Assembly (NCBI GenBank): GCA_950097015.1 | Contig: CATNEN010000011.1 | Location: 62,001-126,000, forward strand | DNA: 64,000 nt | Source of the DNA: Macrostomum hystrix | Lineage: Eukaryota > Animalia > Platyhelminthes | Direction of reading: 5' to 3' | In this document: one piece after another, positions 61,652-64,000 of the stretch | Position numbering within the stretch: the first letter of the stretch is position 1 | Layout of the letters: each line of letters begins with the position of its first letter | Translations under genes and position numbers: made by a program | Notes under the pieces: generated by a model | What the model was told of the DNA's origin: nothing | Databases searched by the model: none | Seen by the model: the letters and a program-made list of their open reading frames with translations, nothing else

Positions 61652-64000
61652 GACACAGGCTATGACGACGATGGCAGTTCCTCCCGCACTGACACAGGCG
61701 GTGATGACGATGGCAGCGAGCAGGGCGAGGGCGGAGATTATGCCATTGAGGCTTCGAAGATGCCATTGACCTGGAGAGTCGCAGCGACGTCTCGTACACG
61801 TTTTGTTCAGACGGCTTTCTACTGTTCTCGTCGAGCAGCGTCGAAATGTGCCCCCTCTACATCATCATTAACGAGGTGCACAACAGATTAAAGCTGCGCT
61901 ATGTAGTCATATGTGGTGTGTGGGCCGGCAAACAGAAGGTTCACCCGCGAGGTTTTCTGCCAATTATCGTCAAGGCTTTAATCGTTGATCGTTAATTTAA
62001 TAATTTCAGTTGCTGTCATCGTGCGTGCGTCGCCACTTGCGTCTCCACCCTCTGCTGGGGATGTCTGACGCGCCGGCTCGGGCGGACGCCTTGTGCAAGA
62101 AGCGATATTCTGCAAAGTATGGGTGCGATAAATGTTACATTCAGACGACTCTTCATCCATCTGGATCTGGCCGAGTATTCAACGTCGTCATCACGCCGGC
62201 GATGCTCAATGAAGCTGCTCGATACGGATGCGTGCAAACCGCTGTCCGGTCTATGACCGACACGTGCACTCTCGCTGATCACCATGCAGCACACGTCCAC
62301 GACGCGAGGATGGACACGCTGGGTGTTCGCGGACATTCGCCTCTTGGCGAATTAGCCGGCTTTGACTTCGTACGGGCCTGTCCGCCATGCTATCTACACA
62401 AGCTGTGTTCTGGCCTTGTGCGCATGATGCTATACCAACTCTTCCTGGTGCGACACGACAAGCCGGACCGCGGCGCCACGAACTGTCCAGATCTGCACAG
62501 CCGTATCCCAGAGATTGATGCGCGTCTAGAAAGGCTCCGTTTGCCACGCTGTGTGCAGCGCCGGAGCGTGCGACCTCTTGTGGAACTCCGACACGCCAGA
62601 GGACACGAATTGGAAATGTTTATTCTCATCTTTGGGCCTCTGGTTCTTCGTGGCTTTCTCCCCGACGCACACTATCAACATCTGTGTCGTCTGTCATCCT
62701 GCGTTTTCTTGATGACACTTGAAGGAGGGCCAAGGAGCGAGTTGCGCCACGTGGAGATCGCTCTACGGCACTTTCATTCAATTCTGCGGCGCATGTACTC
62801 CCTAAGGGCTCTAACCTACAACGCACATCAGGTTTGCGCTCACATGGTCCCTAGCGTTCAGCTTGGGGGTCCACTGTATCGGCTGTCAACGGGGCTCTTC
62901 GAGACAATGCATTCGCGCCTCCGCCGTCGTGTTCACGGCTTACGGCGAAAGGACGTCGAACTGGTGGGAGCAGTAGAGCGCGAATTCGCCACTTTGCAGA
63001 CGAGGTTGGTCATTCAGGCCAACATCGTGCCTGATCATCCGCAACCGACGACCATGCGTCGTACGGAGACCTGTGAACTCGACGGTGTCGTCTTACGACG
63101 CCCGATCGGCCTCCTAAATGGTTGGCACAGTGCTACACTGCCTTCCGGTTGGCACTTCGACGTGTTCGAGCGACGTCAGGCTGAGTTAGAACCACAGTTT
63201 CGTTGGCGTCTGGAATCGTGCTTTGTCGCAATTGTAGGCCGTCGACCTACCGAATTAATTTTCGGGTGGGTCGAAGGTCTGCAATTAGTGATGGCCGACG
63301 TCCTAGCAGATCTCGTCCTGCTGCGGGTTCTGGAACCAGAGACGGACCCATTGGAAGCTCTGGCTGCTATTCCGTCAACGTCGCAAAATCGAGGCTGTGT
63401 TTGCACATATACGGAGGCTGGCGTGCGACCCTTTTGTCAACCAGCTAGACGGGCATCAGACAATGCGTGTCCGACTTGCCGACATCATTGGCACGTGCAT
63501 TCTGTCGGACACACGTCGCTCTAATGCCGCACCCCCAGACTGGCTTTGAGTAAGGACATTGCACCCTCTTCTATTTCTTTGACCTGTCAATGTTTTCGAA
63601 AGATGTATAGTTGCTGTATAACGCATATTTTCGCGACCCCACACGTGTCGACACGATCGGCGATCAATAACTCTGCTGTGTACGTTTGCGTGTCGTCATG
63701 CATAACCTTCCATATTCTGCTCTGCACTCACGCAGGCGACGTCTTGCAAGTACACAAACAAGTTATATCAGCTATTTATAGTCATTTGTGACAATTTAAA
63801 TAGCTACTGACTTGCTTCTCTCTCTTGGTGCAACGCCACCTGTTCTGCTTCCAATTCGACGATGAAGCTGATTCGGATGCTAACGACTGCGTTAACTGCT
63901 GTGGCACATAATTCCAGAAATTCTGCTGGTCGACCAGCCAATTTCGATCGAAATTATTTCAACTTTCAATAACCTATGGACTTCAACGATGGCTGCCGCG

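Larger units (their letters stand above)
57386..63524 (+). mobile_element. EnSpm/CACTA (CMC)-like transposase gene, interrupted by a LINE
   Basis: N-terminus 57386-57622 with a 39-bp repeat that resumes at 61661; segment about 61750-61990 FCSDG..FSSS..CPLYIIINE..GVWAG; acceptor at 62009; exon 62010-63524 with SDAPARA, YGCDKC, TYNAHQ, GPL..LFE. Element ends not seen. Confidence 0.75.

Overview
Repeat-rich eukaryotic (metazoan-like) window with spliceosomal introns; no prokaryotic genes, RNA genes or CRISPR were recognised. Positions 1-40.66 kb are a tandem satellite (577-593 bp unit, itself a diverged dimer, with local higher-order repeats). The satellite is interrupted by two Ngaro-type tyrosine-recombinase retrotransposons (7119-11538 and 29432-39328, both minus) and a degenerate Gmr1-like LTR element with PR-IN-RT-RH order (23674-28482). 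The second Ngaro copy is split inside its RT by a P-superfamily transposon (31800-37221) carrying an antisense spliced Gly-rich/zinc-knuckle/RS cargo ORF. A multi-exon RIG-I-like helicase gene lies on the minus strand at about 42.8-56.2 kb; its introns hold a second P-like element and an apparently intact Gypsy with identical LTRs and a -1 frameshift signal. The right end is an EnSpm/CACTA-like transposase interrupted by an RTE-like LINE with a 2A-like motif. Most notable observations: same-phase splice acceptors at the start of both recombinase ORFs, different ORF1-RT recoding signals in the two Ngaro families, the P-element cargo, and the non-canonical 2A motif. All calls come from manual reading and motif recognition; no database search was run.
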